Shown here one piece after another: positions 1 through 7,657 of a stretch of DNA of 30,000 nucleotides. Made by a program: the position numbers and the translations under genes. The stretch comes from Sutterella wadsworthensis (lineage in GTDB: Bacteria; Pseudomonadota; Gammaproteobacteria; Burkholderiales; Burkholderiaceae_F): the NCBI RefSeq assembly GCF_003315195.1, contig NZ_QNRV01000015.1, positions 8,814 through 38,813 on the forward strand, read 5' to 3'. Position 1 is the stretch's first letter. The number at the start of each line of letters is the position of its first letter. The notes beneath the pieces were generated by a model. It made no database searches and was not told the origin of the DNA. It saw only the letters and a program-made list of their open reading frames with translations.

Positions 1-245
1 AGCTCACGGTGGAAGACAACGGTCCTGCGCTGAGCGATGCTCAATTTCTCAAACTCTCACATGCACAAACGAGCATGAAACCGGACGGTCTGGGTCTGGG
101 CCTTGAAATAACCCGTTCCATCGCCGCACGATCCGATGCCATGCTCGTCTTTGAGCGCAAGCCTGACCGCGGCCTGCTCGCCATCGTGCGCTTTCCGCTG
201 AAGCTCTCTCTCAGCGGCACTGCATTCGAGGAGCGCGAATCATGA
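1..245 (+). CDS. Sensor histidine kinase, C-terminal fragment (HATPase_c); 5' end lies outside the window
   Basis: The ORF runs off the 5' edge. The translation ...VEDNGPALSD...KPDGLGLGLEITRSIA... carries G1-like (DNGPA) and G2-like (GLGLGL) ATP-binding boxes. The stop TGA at 243-245 overlaps the ATG at 242 of the next gene (ATGA). Confidence 0.75.
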   Translation, partial: LTVEDNGPALSDAQFLKLSHAQTSMKPDGLGLGLEITRSIAARSDAMLVFERKPDRGLLAIVRFPLKLSLSGTAFEERES

Positions 246-886
246 TGCAAACCGCTGAAATTGAAACGACCCGTCCAGTCATTCGAATCGTTGATGACGA
301 TGAAGTTTTTCTGGCTTCACAGAAATTTTTCTTCGAAACATTTTTCCCTGAAGTCCGCGTATGGCCGTGCGCAAAGCGTTATCTCGATGAAGAGGATCTA
401 AGCGCTCCGGGATGCCTTATTCTGGACTACCGCATGCCGGACCGATCAGGCCTGGAAGTTCAGCGCGCACTGCTTCTGAGACGCAAACCAATGCTGCCGA
501 TCATTTTTTTGAGCGCCCATGGCGACATCGGCACCGCCGTACATGCCATGAGGAACGGCGCGGTCGACTTTCTGGAAAAACCCGTTGAACCTGAAGCGCT
601 GCTCGCCAAAGTTCGTACTGCCGTCGCATGGTCTCTTGATGCCTTTAAGCGTGAGCATGACCGCCGCCGTATGGAACGCCAGGTGCTGTCACTCACCGGA
701 AGAGAACGTGAAGTCATTGATCTTGCGGTCAAAGGAATGCAAAACAAAGAAATTGCGGATCTTCTCGGCATCTCCGTGACGACCGTGAAGATGTACCGCG
801 CCAATGCTTTTCAAAAACTTGGCGTCAATACGATTTTGACTGCGTCGCAGTTTCTTGCGCGTGCGGAAAACTCCTTGGAGCAGTGA
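242..886 (+). CDS. Two-component response regulator, FixJ/NarL (LuxR-type HTH) family
   Basis: The REC domain shows IRIVDDDE...LILDYRMPDRSGLEV...IFLSAHGDI...GAVDFLEKP. The C-terminal LuxR HTH shows LTGREREVIDLAVKGMQNKEIADLLGISVTTVKMYRANAFQKLGV. GAGGAG lies 8 nt upstream of the ATG. The start overlaps the kinase stop. Confidence 0.9.
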   Translation: MMQTAEIETTRPVIRIVDDDEVFLASQKFFFETFFPEVRVWPCAKRYLDEEDLSAPGCLILDYRMPDRSGLEVQRALLLRRKPMLPIIFLSAHGDIGTAVHAMRNGAVDFLEKPVEPEALLAKVRTAVAWSLDAFKREHDRRRMERQVLSLTGREREVIDLAVKGMQNKEIADLLGISVTTVKMYRANAFQKLGVNTILTASQFLARAENSLEQ

Positions 887-888
887 GC

Positions 889-2316
889 ATGATCACCAGA
901 CGTCAGCTCTTTGCCGGCATTTTGGGATTAACAGCCGGCCCCTCCTGGTGCGGGCCTCAGGAAATCCTCGCCGCAGCCGATGTAATTGTCGTCGGGGCGG
1001 GATTAGCAGGCTTGAGCGCAGCGGTTTCTGCGCGTGAAGCCGGCGCCCGACGGGTGCTAATTCTCGAAAAAGATGTGATGATCGGCGGACATTCAATCAT
1101 GTCAAGCGGCTACTTCAATGCCGTCGATCCCAAGCGGCAGAAACCGCTTGGCATCATTGATTCGCCGGCGCTGATGGAGAAGCAGTCGCTGCAGGTAGGA
1201 GGAGACACCGCCTCCCCCATTCTGATGCGGCGGCTTGCCGAATCCTCTTCAGAGGTGCTTCAGTGGCTCGAAGCGCACGGCGTGCATTGGAGCGACCAAG
1301 TCTTCGAATCCTATTCATCCTTTCAGCGCAGGGGTCACATTTCAAGCCCTGTGCGGGCCGGATATGACTATGTGATGGCGCTCCTCGAGTGTGCGCACCG
1401 GCTGGATGTGAAGATTCTGCTTGGGCATCGTGCCGAACGCCTCATCACTGAAAACGGCCATATTGTCGGTGCTGCGGGAGTTTGCCGGGGCCGTCAGGCT
1501 TTCGAAGCCAGAGCGCATGCCGTGATTCTGGCTACGGGCGGCTTTGCCGCCAATACAGCCCTGCTTGAAAATGCGCTTGGCCCTTATGCGGCAACGCTGC
1601 GCAGTTCGGCCAATACGCGCGGCATTCTGACCGACGGTGCGGCCGGCGACGGCATTCTCATGGCACGCGCCGTCGGAGCAAAGATCGTCAATATGGACTC
1701 CGTTCTGCTCGTTCCCTATAACGGCGGCCGAGTGACGGGTTATGTCGGCGGCGACATCTATCTCACCAAAGAAGGCAGACGCTTCATCGATGAAGGAGCG
1801 TCCTGGCTCGCGCTGCGCCAAGCCCTGCAAAACCTCCCCGACGGAAAGATGTGGGTGCTCACGGACTCCGGAACAGTGAAAAACAACGACTTTTCGCTCA
1901 AACTGATGACCGGCGCGGTGCGCGAAGCCGCGACGCTCGATGAGGCTGCCAAAGGCATTGGCTGCAATCCTGCGGTATTGGAAGAGACCGTCAGGCAATA
2001 CAACCATTCGGTTCACATTGGACGCGATGAGGCCTTTGGCAAAACGACGATGCTTAAAGCGCTTGATGAACCGCCCTTTTATTACGGCGAAGAACGGCTC
2101 AACATCCATTCAACCGAGGGCGGCGTTGCCATTGACACGCAGGCCCGCGTTCTGGATCAATCCGAGGAGCCCCTCTTGGGTCTTTTTGCGGCCGGCGAGA
2201 CCGTCGGGAATCTTCACGGCAAAAGCCGTCCCGGCGGGAACGGCGTTTTGGCCTGCGTCGTCTTCGGGAGAATCGCAGGCCAAGAAGCGGCTCAACTTAG
2301 CCTCTCAAGTCATTGA
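889..2316 (+). CDS. Tat-signal periplasmic FAD-dependent reductase, soluble fumarate reductase / flavocytochrome-c flavoprotein family (no heme or FMN-binding domain)
   Basis: The N-terminus MITRRQLFAGILGLTAG looks like a twin-arginine signal. The FAD dinucleotide fold reads DVIVVGAGLAGLSAAVSAREAGARRVLILEKDVMIGGHS. The C-terminus has family motifs NIHSTEGGVAID and GLFAAGETVGNLHGKSRPGGNG. I chose the ATG at 889 (GGAG 8 nt upstream) over the GTG at 883. Confidence 0.8.
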   Translation: MITRRQLFAGILGLTAGPSWCGPQEILAAADVIVVGAGLAGLSAAVSAREAGARRVLILEKDVMIGGHSIMSSGYFNAVDPKRQKPLGIIDSPALMEKQSLQVGGDTASPILMRRLAESSSEVLQWLEAHGVHWSDQVFESYSSFQRRGHISSPVRAGYDYVMALLECAHRLDVKILLGHRAERLITENGHIVGAAGVCRGRQAFEARAHAVILATGGFAANTALLENALGPYAATLRSSANTRGILTDGAAGDGILMARAVGAKIVNMDSVLLVPYNGGRVTGYVGGDIYLTKEGRRFIDEGASWLALRQALQNLPDGKMWVLTDSGTVKNNDFSLKLMTGAVREAATLDEAAKGIGCNPAVLEETVRQYNHSVHIGRDEAFGKTTMLKALDEPPFYYGEERLNIHSTEGGVAIDTQARVLDQSEEPLLGLFAAGETVGNLHGKSRPGGNGVLACVVFGRIAGQEAAQLSLSSH

Positions 2317-2320
2317 GAGG
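2301..2320. terminator. Weak hairpin at the convergent junction of the reductase gene and fadK
   Basis: CCTCTCAA-gtca-TTGAGAGG is an 8-bp perfect stem that spans the reductase stop codon. On the plus strand only a short TCTTTT follows, 9 nt downstream. No T-run follows on the minus strand. Confidence 0.3.
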
Positions 2321-2406
2321 CTCCAAGTCTTTTGCTCACAAAGGCGGAATGGGTTTGCCTTCGTTATGCCTCACTTTCATCATCAGGGCGGTGACAGTGC
2401 GGCCGA

Positions 2407-4071
2407 CTAATCCGAGGGCTGACCGGCTGCCACACGCTCACGAACCATTCGAGCCAGGGCAAATTTCTGTAGCTTACCCGAAGACGTCCGGGGCAGCGCA
2501 TCGAGCACCACGAGATATTCCGGGAACTTATATTTGGCCACCCGCCGGCCGTCAAAGAAAGCGACGAGGTCCGTCAGATGCATGGCGGGGGCGCCGGGCC
2601 GCATGCTCACGCACGCACAGCTGCGCTCGCCCAGACGTTCGTCGGGCATAGCCACTACGGCGGCCTCCCGCACGCCGGGATATTCGAGCACAATGTCTTC
2701 GACTTCGCGGCTCGAAATATTCTCGCCGCCGCGCACAATAATGTCCTTCTTGCGGCCGGTGATGCGGATGTAGCGGCCCTCTGAATCCGTGCGGCAATAG
2801 TCGCCGGAATAGTACCAGCCGTCCGCGTCAAGCGCCCGTGCGGTCATCTCAGGCTCTCCCCAATACCCCACAAAGACCTGCGGACCGCGGGACGCCTCTT
2901 CGCCCTCTTGGCCGTGCGGCACTTCATGCCGGTTGTCGTCCACAACGCGGATCTCCACGCCGTCGACTGCGCACCCGTCCGTTTCTTCCGTATGCTCGCG
3001 CGTGTCGTTGAGCCGCACCAGCGAATGCGGCGAAGACTCGGTCGAGCCGTAAATGGATAAGAGCCGAATGCCGAAAGGCCGGCAGTCCTCAAAGAGCTTT
3101 GGCGGAATGGTGGTGCCGCCGCAGAGGAAAAAGCGCAGCGAGGACAAATCCCGCGGATGCTGCCGGAGCTCTTCGAGGATATCGAAGACAAATGGCGTCG
3201 CCCCCAAGACGCAGGTCGCTTTCTCGGCCTCAAAGAGATTCATGCAGTCATCTGCGCGGAAAATATCGAGAAGCAGACTCTTGCCGCCCAGAATGAAGGG
3301 CAGCGTCACCCCGTGGAGAAACCCGGTCGCATGCCCGAGCGGAGCGGGCATCAGAAAAGCATCCCGCCACGTGAGATTGAGGCGGTCGGCATAGGCGCGT
3401 TCGCTCGCGAGAATGTTGTTGTGCGTGAGCATCACCCCCTTGGGGCGTCCTTCCGTGCCTGAAGTGAAGAGCACTGCTGCGACTTCATCGGCATCAGCGG
3501 GAATCGGCGTGAGGAGCGGTTCCGCGCCGGCAATGACATCCTCGAACGCGTAAACACCCTCCTGCGAACGCAGCGATGGGGCAAGCGGGGCCATTTTTTC
3601 CACGGCCACAACAGCAGAAAGCCTCGGCAGGTGCTGCGCGAGTTTGGCAAGCATTTCAATCGGGCGGCTTTTGCGGAAAGCCGTAGCGGTAAAGACCACC
3701 TTGGCTTCACACCAATCGAGCGCCCAGGAGAGTTCCGCCTCGCGCCATGCGGGCAGAAGCGGCATCGCGATGGCACCGAGCTTTAAGGCCGCAACATAAG
3801 CGATGGTGAATTCCGCCCAGCCCGGCAGATTAAGCGCCACCACGTCGCCGCGGCCGACGCCGATCGTGCGCATCCAGCCGGCCAGACGCTGCGCCTTCTT
3901 GTCGAGTTGAGCGTAGGTGTATCGGCCGCCCTGGCTGTCAACAACACAGGTACGGTCGGGCACAGCACGCACGGACTGATGCCAATAATCAGCGAGCGTG
4001 GCGTCGCCCCAAAAGCCCTGACGGCGATAGAGCGCCCGGCGTTCGGGATTAATCGTGTATTCAGGACGCAT
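2407..4071 (-). CDS. fadK: Short/medium-chain acyl-CoA synthetase (AMP-forming), FadK/YdiD-like
   Basis: The AMP-binding motif is LFTSGTEGRPKGVMLTHNNI. Long stretches match my recollection of E. coli FadK (RRALYRRQGFWGDATLADYW, MPAPLGHATGFLHGVT, ITGRKKDIIVRGGENISSREVED, VAKYKFPE). It sits directly downstream of ydiQRST, as in E. coli. The start is ambiguous: ATG at 4071 or TTG at 4089, neither with a clear SD. Confidence 0.85.
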   Translation of the reverse strand: MRPEYTINPERRALYRRQGFWGDATLADYWHQSVRAVPDRTCVVDSQGGRYTYAQLDKKAQRLAGWMRTIGVGRGDVVALNLPGWAEFTIAYVAALKLGAIAMPLLPAWREAELSWALDWCEAKVVFTATAFRKSRPIEMLAKLAQHLPRLSAVVAVEKMAPLAPSLRSQEGVYAFEDVIAGAEPLLTPIPADADEVAAVLFTSGTEGRPKGVMLTHNNILASERAYADRLNLTWRDAFLMPAPLGHATGFLHGVTLPFILGGKSLLLDIFRADDCMNLFEAEKATCVLGATPFVFDILEELRQHPRDLSSLRFFLCGGTTIPPKLFEDCRPFGIRLLSIYGSTESSPHSLVRLNDTREHTEETDGCAVDGVEIRVVDDNRHEVPHGQEGEEASRGPQVFVGYWGEPEMTARALDADGWYYSGDYCRTDSEGRYIRITGRKKDIIVRGGENISSREVEDIVLEYPGVREAAVVAMPDERLGERSCACVSMRPGAPAMHLTDLVAFFDGRRVAKYKFPEYLVVLDALPRTSSGKLQKFALARMVRERVAAGQPSD

Positions 4072-4100
4072 GACTTGAGCGGTATGCAAATGGAAGGCTT

Positions 4101-4147
4101 GGAGAAGAAACCGGCCCGGCCTGCGCCGAGGAATCCGCAGGCCGGGC
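4101..4147 (-). terminator. Intra-operon terminator/attenuator-like hairpin between ydiT and fadK
   Basis: A GC-rich inverted repeat of 12 bp pairs 4114-4125 (GCCCGGCCTGCG) with 4136-4147 (CGCAGGCCGGGC) around a 10-nt loop. On the minus-strand transcript it is followed by GGTTTCTTCTCC. Confidence 0.55.
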
Positions 4148-4185
4148 GGCTAGGAGAATCGAGGCTCAGCCCCGGAGACGCCGGC

Positions 4186-4485
4186 TTAGCCGAAGCGGAA
4201 TTCGACGCCGAAGGTTCCCTGCGGGAATTCCCATTTCTTGAGGATCGTGTCGCCGCAGAGGACGCGGCAGGTGCCGCATTCAAGGCAGCCGGCGCAGTCA
4301 AAGCTGATCGTGCCGTCGTCGGCCTCTTTATAGAGATTGGCCGGGCAAGCCTTCACGAGCTTGCGGAATTCTTTGCGGTCGGGCTCATCGCAGAGCACGA
4401 TGTGCGCATTTTCCTCATCCACAAAGAACTTGTCTTTGCCGAGCTTTTCGTCCACGTTGACGAACTTAATTTCCTTCGTGCTCAC
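4186..4485 (-). CDS. ydiT: Ferredoxin-like protein FixX/YdiT
   Basis: The translation ...FRKLVKACPANLYKEADDGTISFDCAGCLECGTCRVLCGDTILKKWEFPQGTFGVEFRFG matches the FixX/YdiT Cys pattern and my recollection of E. coli YdiT. The GTG start at 4485 overlaps the ydiS stop (GTGA). The TTG at 4500 used by the ORF track is less likely. Confidence 0.85.
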   Translation of the reverse strand: MSTKEIKFVNVDEKLGKDKFFVDEENAHIVLCDEPDRKEFRKLVKACPANLYKEADDGTISFDCAGCLECGTCRVLCGDTILKKWEFPQGTFGVEFRFG

Positions 4486-5777
4486 AGTGCTTTCCCCCAA
4501 CCGTAGCCGTCTTTAAGGAGATTCATAACGCCGGCAGCCTTAACGCGCTGCCAGAGGCTCTTGCGAACCGGCGGGACCGGCGAACCGTCGTAGCGGAAAA
4601 GGTCGCGCATGATGCCCGCGGTCATCTTCGGGTAGTCCGAGAAAAGACGCGGATTCTCCATCAGGTGCGGCACATTGCGGTACTGCTTCATATCGCGAAG
4701 CACAAAGCTCTCTTCGAGACGACGCCGGTAGCCGGCCAGTCCGGCAGCAGAAAAATCTCCCGCCTTCTTGGCGTCGATCACGGCCCGAGCCGCGCATTCG
4801 CCAGAGGCGACGGCCAAATCCATGCCGCGCACAATGAAGCCCAGATTGATGCACAAGGCCGCAGCATCGCCCGTAATCAGCACGCCGTCTGCGGCGAGCT
4901 TTTCAGGCACCATGTCGTAGCCGCCTTCGGGGACGAGATGACCGGAATATTCGAGCAGTTCGCCGCCCTCAATCAAGGGCTTAACCGACGGATGATTCTT
5001 CAGATCCTCGAGCATCTGCGGCACGGTCTTGGGCGACTTTTCAATATCGCCCAGTCCGCAGACCACACCGAGTGAAATGGAGTCTTCATTGGTATAGAGG
5101 AAGCCGCCGCCCATCAGACCGGCCGAAGCAGAGCCCGCAAAGAGCCAGGCAGCGCCTTCACCGTCGCTCAGACCAAAGCGGTCATTGATGACCTGCTTAG
5201 AGAGGCCAATGACTTCTTTAGCGCCGACGGCGTACTGGTGAGCGTGATATTTCGGCAGCAGACCGATCGACTGGGCCAGAAGAGAATTAACGCCGTCGGC
5301 AAGAATCACGCATTCGGCGAGGAGCTCGTCCTCGCCCGCCTGAACGCCGGTCACGCGGCCGGTTTCATCCTGAAGCAGCCGATCGACGCGAATACCCGGA
5401 ATGAACTGGGCGCCCTCGGACTCGGCCTTTTCCTGAAGCCACTGGTCAAATTTGCCGCGCAGCACGGTGTAGGATGCCGCCTCCGCGGAGAACGCTTCGC
5501 CCGTGTGATAGTCAAGCGTCACCGAGTCATCGTCGGTAATAAAGGAGATCTTCTCACGGGTCACAAGGCGCTCAACGGGCGCTTCCTCAGCGAAGCCCGG
5601 CATGACGCGCTCGAGGCTGTGGGCGTAGAGACGGCCGCCCGTCATGTTTTTGCTGCCGGCATAATTGCCGCGCTCAATCACGAGAACGTCAAGCCCTTCC
5701 TTGGCAAGAACGTAGGCGGCCACGCAGCCGGCTACGCCGGCGCCGACTACGATGGCGTCGAATTTTTCTTCGGACAT
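4482..5777 (-). CDS. ydiS: ETF-quinone oxidoreductase-like flavoprotein FixC/YdiS
   Basis: The N-terminal FAD fold is FDAIVVGAGVAGCVAAYVLAKEGLDVLVIERGNYAGSKNMTGGRLY. At 431 aa its length matches FixC/YdiS. It is flanked by fixB- and fixX-like genes. Confidence 0.9.
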   Translation of the reverse strand: MSEEKFDAIVVGAGVAGCVAAYVLAKEGLDVLVIERGNYAGSKNMTGGRLYAHSLERVMPGFAEEAPVERLVTREKISFITDDDSVTLDYHTGEAFSAEAASYTVLRGKFDQWLQEKAESEGAQFIPGIRVDRLLQDETGRVTGVQAGEDELLAECVILADGVNSLLAQSIGLLPKYHAHQYAVGAKEVIGLSKQVINDRFGLSDGEGAAWLFAGSASAGLMGGGFLYTNEDSISLGVVCGLGDIEKSPKTVPQMLEDLKNHPSVKPLIEGGELLEYSGHLVPEGGYDMVPEKLAADGVLITGDAAALCINLGFIVRGMDLAVASGECAARAVIDAKKAGDFSAAGLAGYRRRLEESFVLRDMKQYRNVPHLMENPRLFSDYPKMTAGIMRDLFRYDGSPVPPVRKSLWQRVKAAGVMNLLKDGYGWGKAL

Positions 5778-5899
5778 GGTTGATACAGCGCGGACGGATG
5801 CTGTTGGGCAGCAGCTCAGGCAGTGCTGAGCACTTGAGAGCTGCCGGCATCGAGTGCAGACGCCCGGCGCCTTAAATTAGGGGTTGCAGGTGGGGTCGC

Positions 5900-5922
5900 G
5901 GGCACCCCGCGGCGGGGTGCCC
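5900..5922 (-). other. Perfect 9-bp GC hairpin inside the 167-bp ydiR-ydiS spacer
   Basis: The sequence is GGGCACCCC-gcggc-GGGGTGCCC. No U-tract follows on the transcribed (minus) strand. A second set of alternative hairpins lies at 5811-5844 (GCAGCTC...GAGCTGC and GCTCAG...CTGAGC). Confidence 0.4.
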
Positions 5923-5944
5923 TTTGCGGTGAACTCAGCGCCGC

Positions 5945-6871
5945 TTAGGAAAGCGCGCGGGTGAGTTCCGGAACGATCTTGTAGAGGTCGCCCACGATGC
6001 CGGCATCGGCATCCTTGAAAATCGGCGCGTTCTTATCCTTGTTGACCGCGAGGATCACGCCGCAGTCGGCGGCGCCGACCATATGCTGAATCTGGCCGGA
6101 AATGCCGAGCGCAATGTAGATGTCAGCTTTGAGCTGCGTGCCGGAAACACCGATATAGCGTTCGCGTTCCATCCAGTGCTCGCCTTCGGCGATCGGACGG
6201 GAGCAGCCGATTTCGGCGCCGATAGCCTTGGCAAAGGCTTCGATCATCGCAATGTCTTCCTGCTTGGCAATGCCGCGGCCGATGCCGATGACGCGCTTGG
6301 CCTTCGTGAGGTCAACGCTCGCGGCAGCCTTCGCACGGCGTTCCTTGACGACGATCGCGGCCGCCGGAGCGACCTTCTCGACCGCAATGACAGGGATGTC
6401 GGCCGACGCATCTGCCGGTTCGGGTTCAAAGACGCCCGCGCCGACCGTTACCACGGCGTCAGCGGAAACGATACGGACAGCCGCGGCAGCGAGACCGCCG
6501 TAGGTGCGGAAGGTGGCCTTCACAGCGTCACCGGCTTCGAGGCTCAGCGCATCGTTGACGAGACCGGCGCCGCGCTTAGCAGCTACGCCGGCAGCAAGCG
6601 CCTTGCTGCGGCGAGTGGCATCAAAAAGGAACAGATTGCCTTCGCCCTGCGCGAGCGAAGCGATCGTTTCCGCGTAGTTCTCAATGGCTTCGCCTTCGGC
6701 AAGGCCAAGGTTATAGACGGCCGCCGGACCGCAGGCACGAAGTTCAGCAGCGCAGCTTTCGCACGGCACAACAGCATTCACCACGGCGCCGAAGCGGCGC
6801 GCGCCGGCGATCAGATCCGCATAACGTTCAGCAGCATCCGCGTAGACCCAGACAGTTTGAATTTTGCTCAT
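5945..6871 (-). CDS. ydiR: Electron transfer flavoprotein alpha subunit, FixB/YdiR-like
   Basis: The C-terminal ETF-alpha FAD-binding signature is IGCSRPIAEGEHWMERERYIGVSGTQLKADIYIALGISGQIQHMVG. It is 308 aa. GGAG lies 9 nt upstream of the ATG. It follows the ETF-beta gene. Confidence 0.9.
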   Translation of the reverse strand: MSKIQTVWVYADAAERYADLIAGARRFGAVVNAVVPCESCAAELRACGPAAVYNLGLAEGEAIENYAETIASLAQGEGNLFLFDATRRSKALAAGVAAKRGAGLVNDALSLEAGDAVKATFRTYGGLAAAAVRIVSADAVVTVGAGVFEPEPADASADIPVIAVEKVAPAAAIVVKERRAKAAASVDLTKAKRVIGIGRGIAKQEDIAMIEAFAKAIGAEIGCSRPIAEGEHWMERERYIGVSGTQLKADIYIALGISGQIQHMVGAADCGVILAVNKDKNAPIFKDADAGIVGDLYKIVPELTRALS

Positions 6872-6895
6872 GACTCTTATCTCCGTGATGACTTA

Positions 6896-7657
6896 TTACT
6901 TGAGGGCGGACTTGATGCGGGCAGCGAAATCGGCCACAGCGGAATCGCCTTCGAGGACCTCGTGAGCACGTTCTTTGCGCGGAGGCACTTCAATAGCATC
7001 GAGCTCAACGGTCTTCGCCGGAGCGCTCCAGCCGATGTCAGCCGTCGAAAGGGTCTTGGCGGGCTTCTTGCCGGCGCCGAGAATGGCCTTCATCGTGGGG
7101 ATGCGGGGAACATTGATGTCGCTCGTGACGCAGACGGCGGCCGGAAGCGGGAGTTCAATGACTTCGACTTCATTTTCAAGCGAGCGCTCTACGCGGATGC
7201 CTGCATCGGTCTTTTCAATGCTGCTCACGGCATTCACACAGGGCACGCCGAGGATACGGGCGGCCAGAAGACCGGTCTGCTGAGCGTAGAGGTCTCCGGA
7301 CCCTTCACCGAACACCAGCAGATCAAAACCGGTCGTGCGGGCGGCGGCGGCAATCGCCGAGGCGGTCGTTTCAGCAAGCGCGCCTTCAAACGCAGCGTCA
7401 TCCTTGACCAGACACAGTTCGGAAGGACCGCGCGAAAGCACGTCCTTTTTAAGCTTGGAGTTTTCGAGGATCTTGCCGCCGACGGAGAGCGCCGTCACCA
7501 CGTCGCCTTCACCGGCAAGCTGTACAGCAGCTTCAATGCCGTTCAGATCGAACTGGCTGATTTTGAAATCCGCACGATCAAAACTGAGTTTTTGATCGGG
7601 CGTCACAACAATGTCCTGCTCTTCGGGAACGACCTTGAAGCACGAGACGATATGCAT
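6896..7657 (-). CDS. ydiQ: Electron transfer flavoprotein beta subunit, FixA/YdiQ-like
   Basis: MHIVSCFKVVPEEQDI...DLLVFGEGSGDLYAQQTGLLAARILGVPCVNAV is typical of ETF-beta/FixA. It is 253 aa. An AAGGAG RBS lies upstream of the ATG at 7657. Confidence 0.9.
   Translation of the reverse strand: MHIVSCFKVVPEEQDIVVTPDQKLSFDRADFKISQFDLNGIEAAVQLAGEGDVVTALSVGGKILENSKLKKDVLSRGPSELCLVKDDAAFEGALAETTASAIAAAARTTGFDLLVFGEGSGDLYAQQTGLLAARILGVPCVNAVSSIEKTDAGIRVERSLENEVEVIELPLPAAVCVTSDINVPRIPTMKAILGAGKKPAKTLSTADIGWSAPAKTVELDAIEVPPRKERAHEVLEGDSAVADFAARIKSALK

Noticed and set aside
1342-2109. 255-aa minus-strand ORF, and similar ORFs of 60-200 aa throughout (for example 3783-4301, 3907-4506, 5238-5783, 10379-11116, 11391-12290, 15723-16358, 19916-20479, 27159-27929)
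   Set aside because: All overlap, antisense or out of frame, genes that have strong family signatures. None has an RBS or recognisable motifs.
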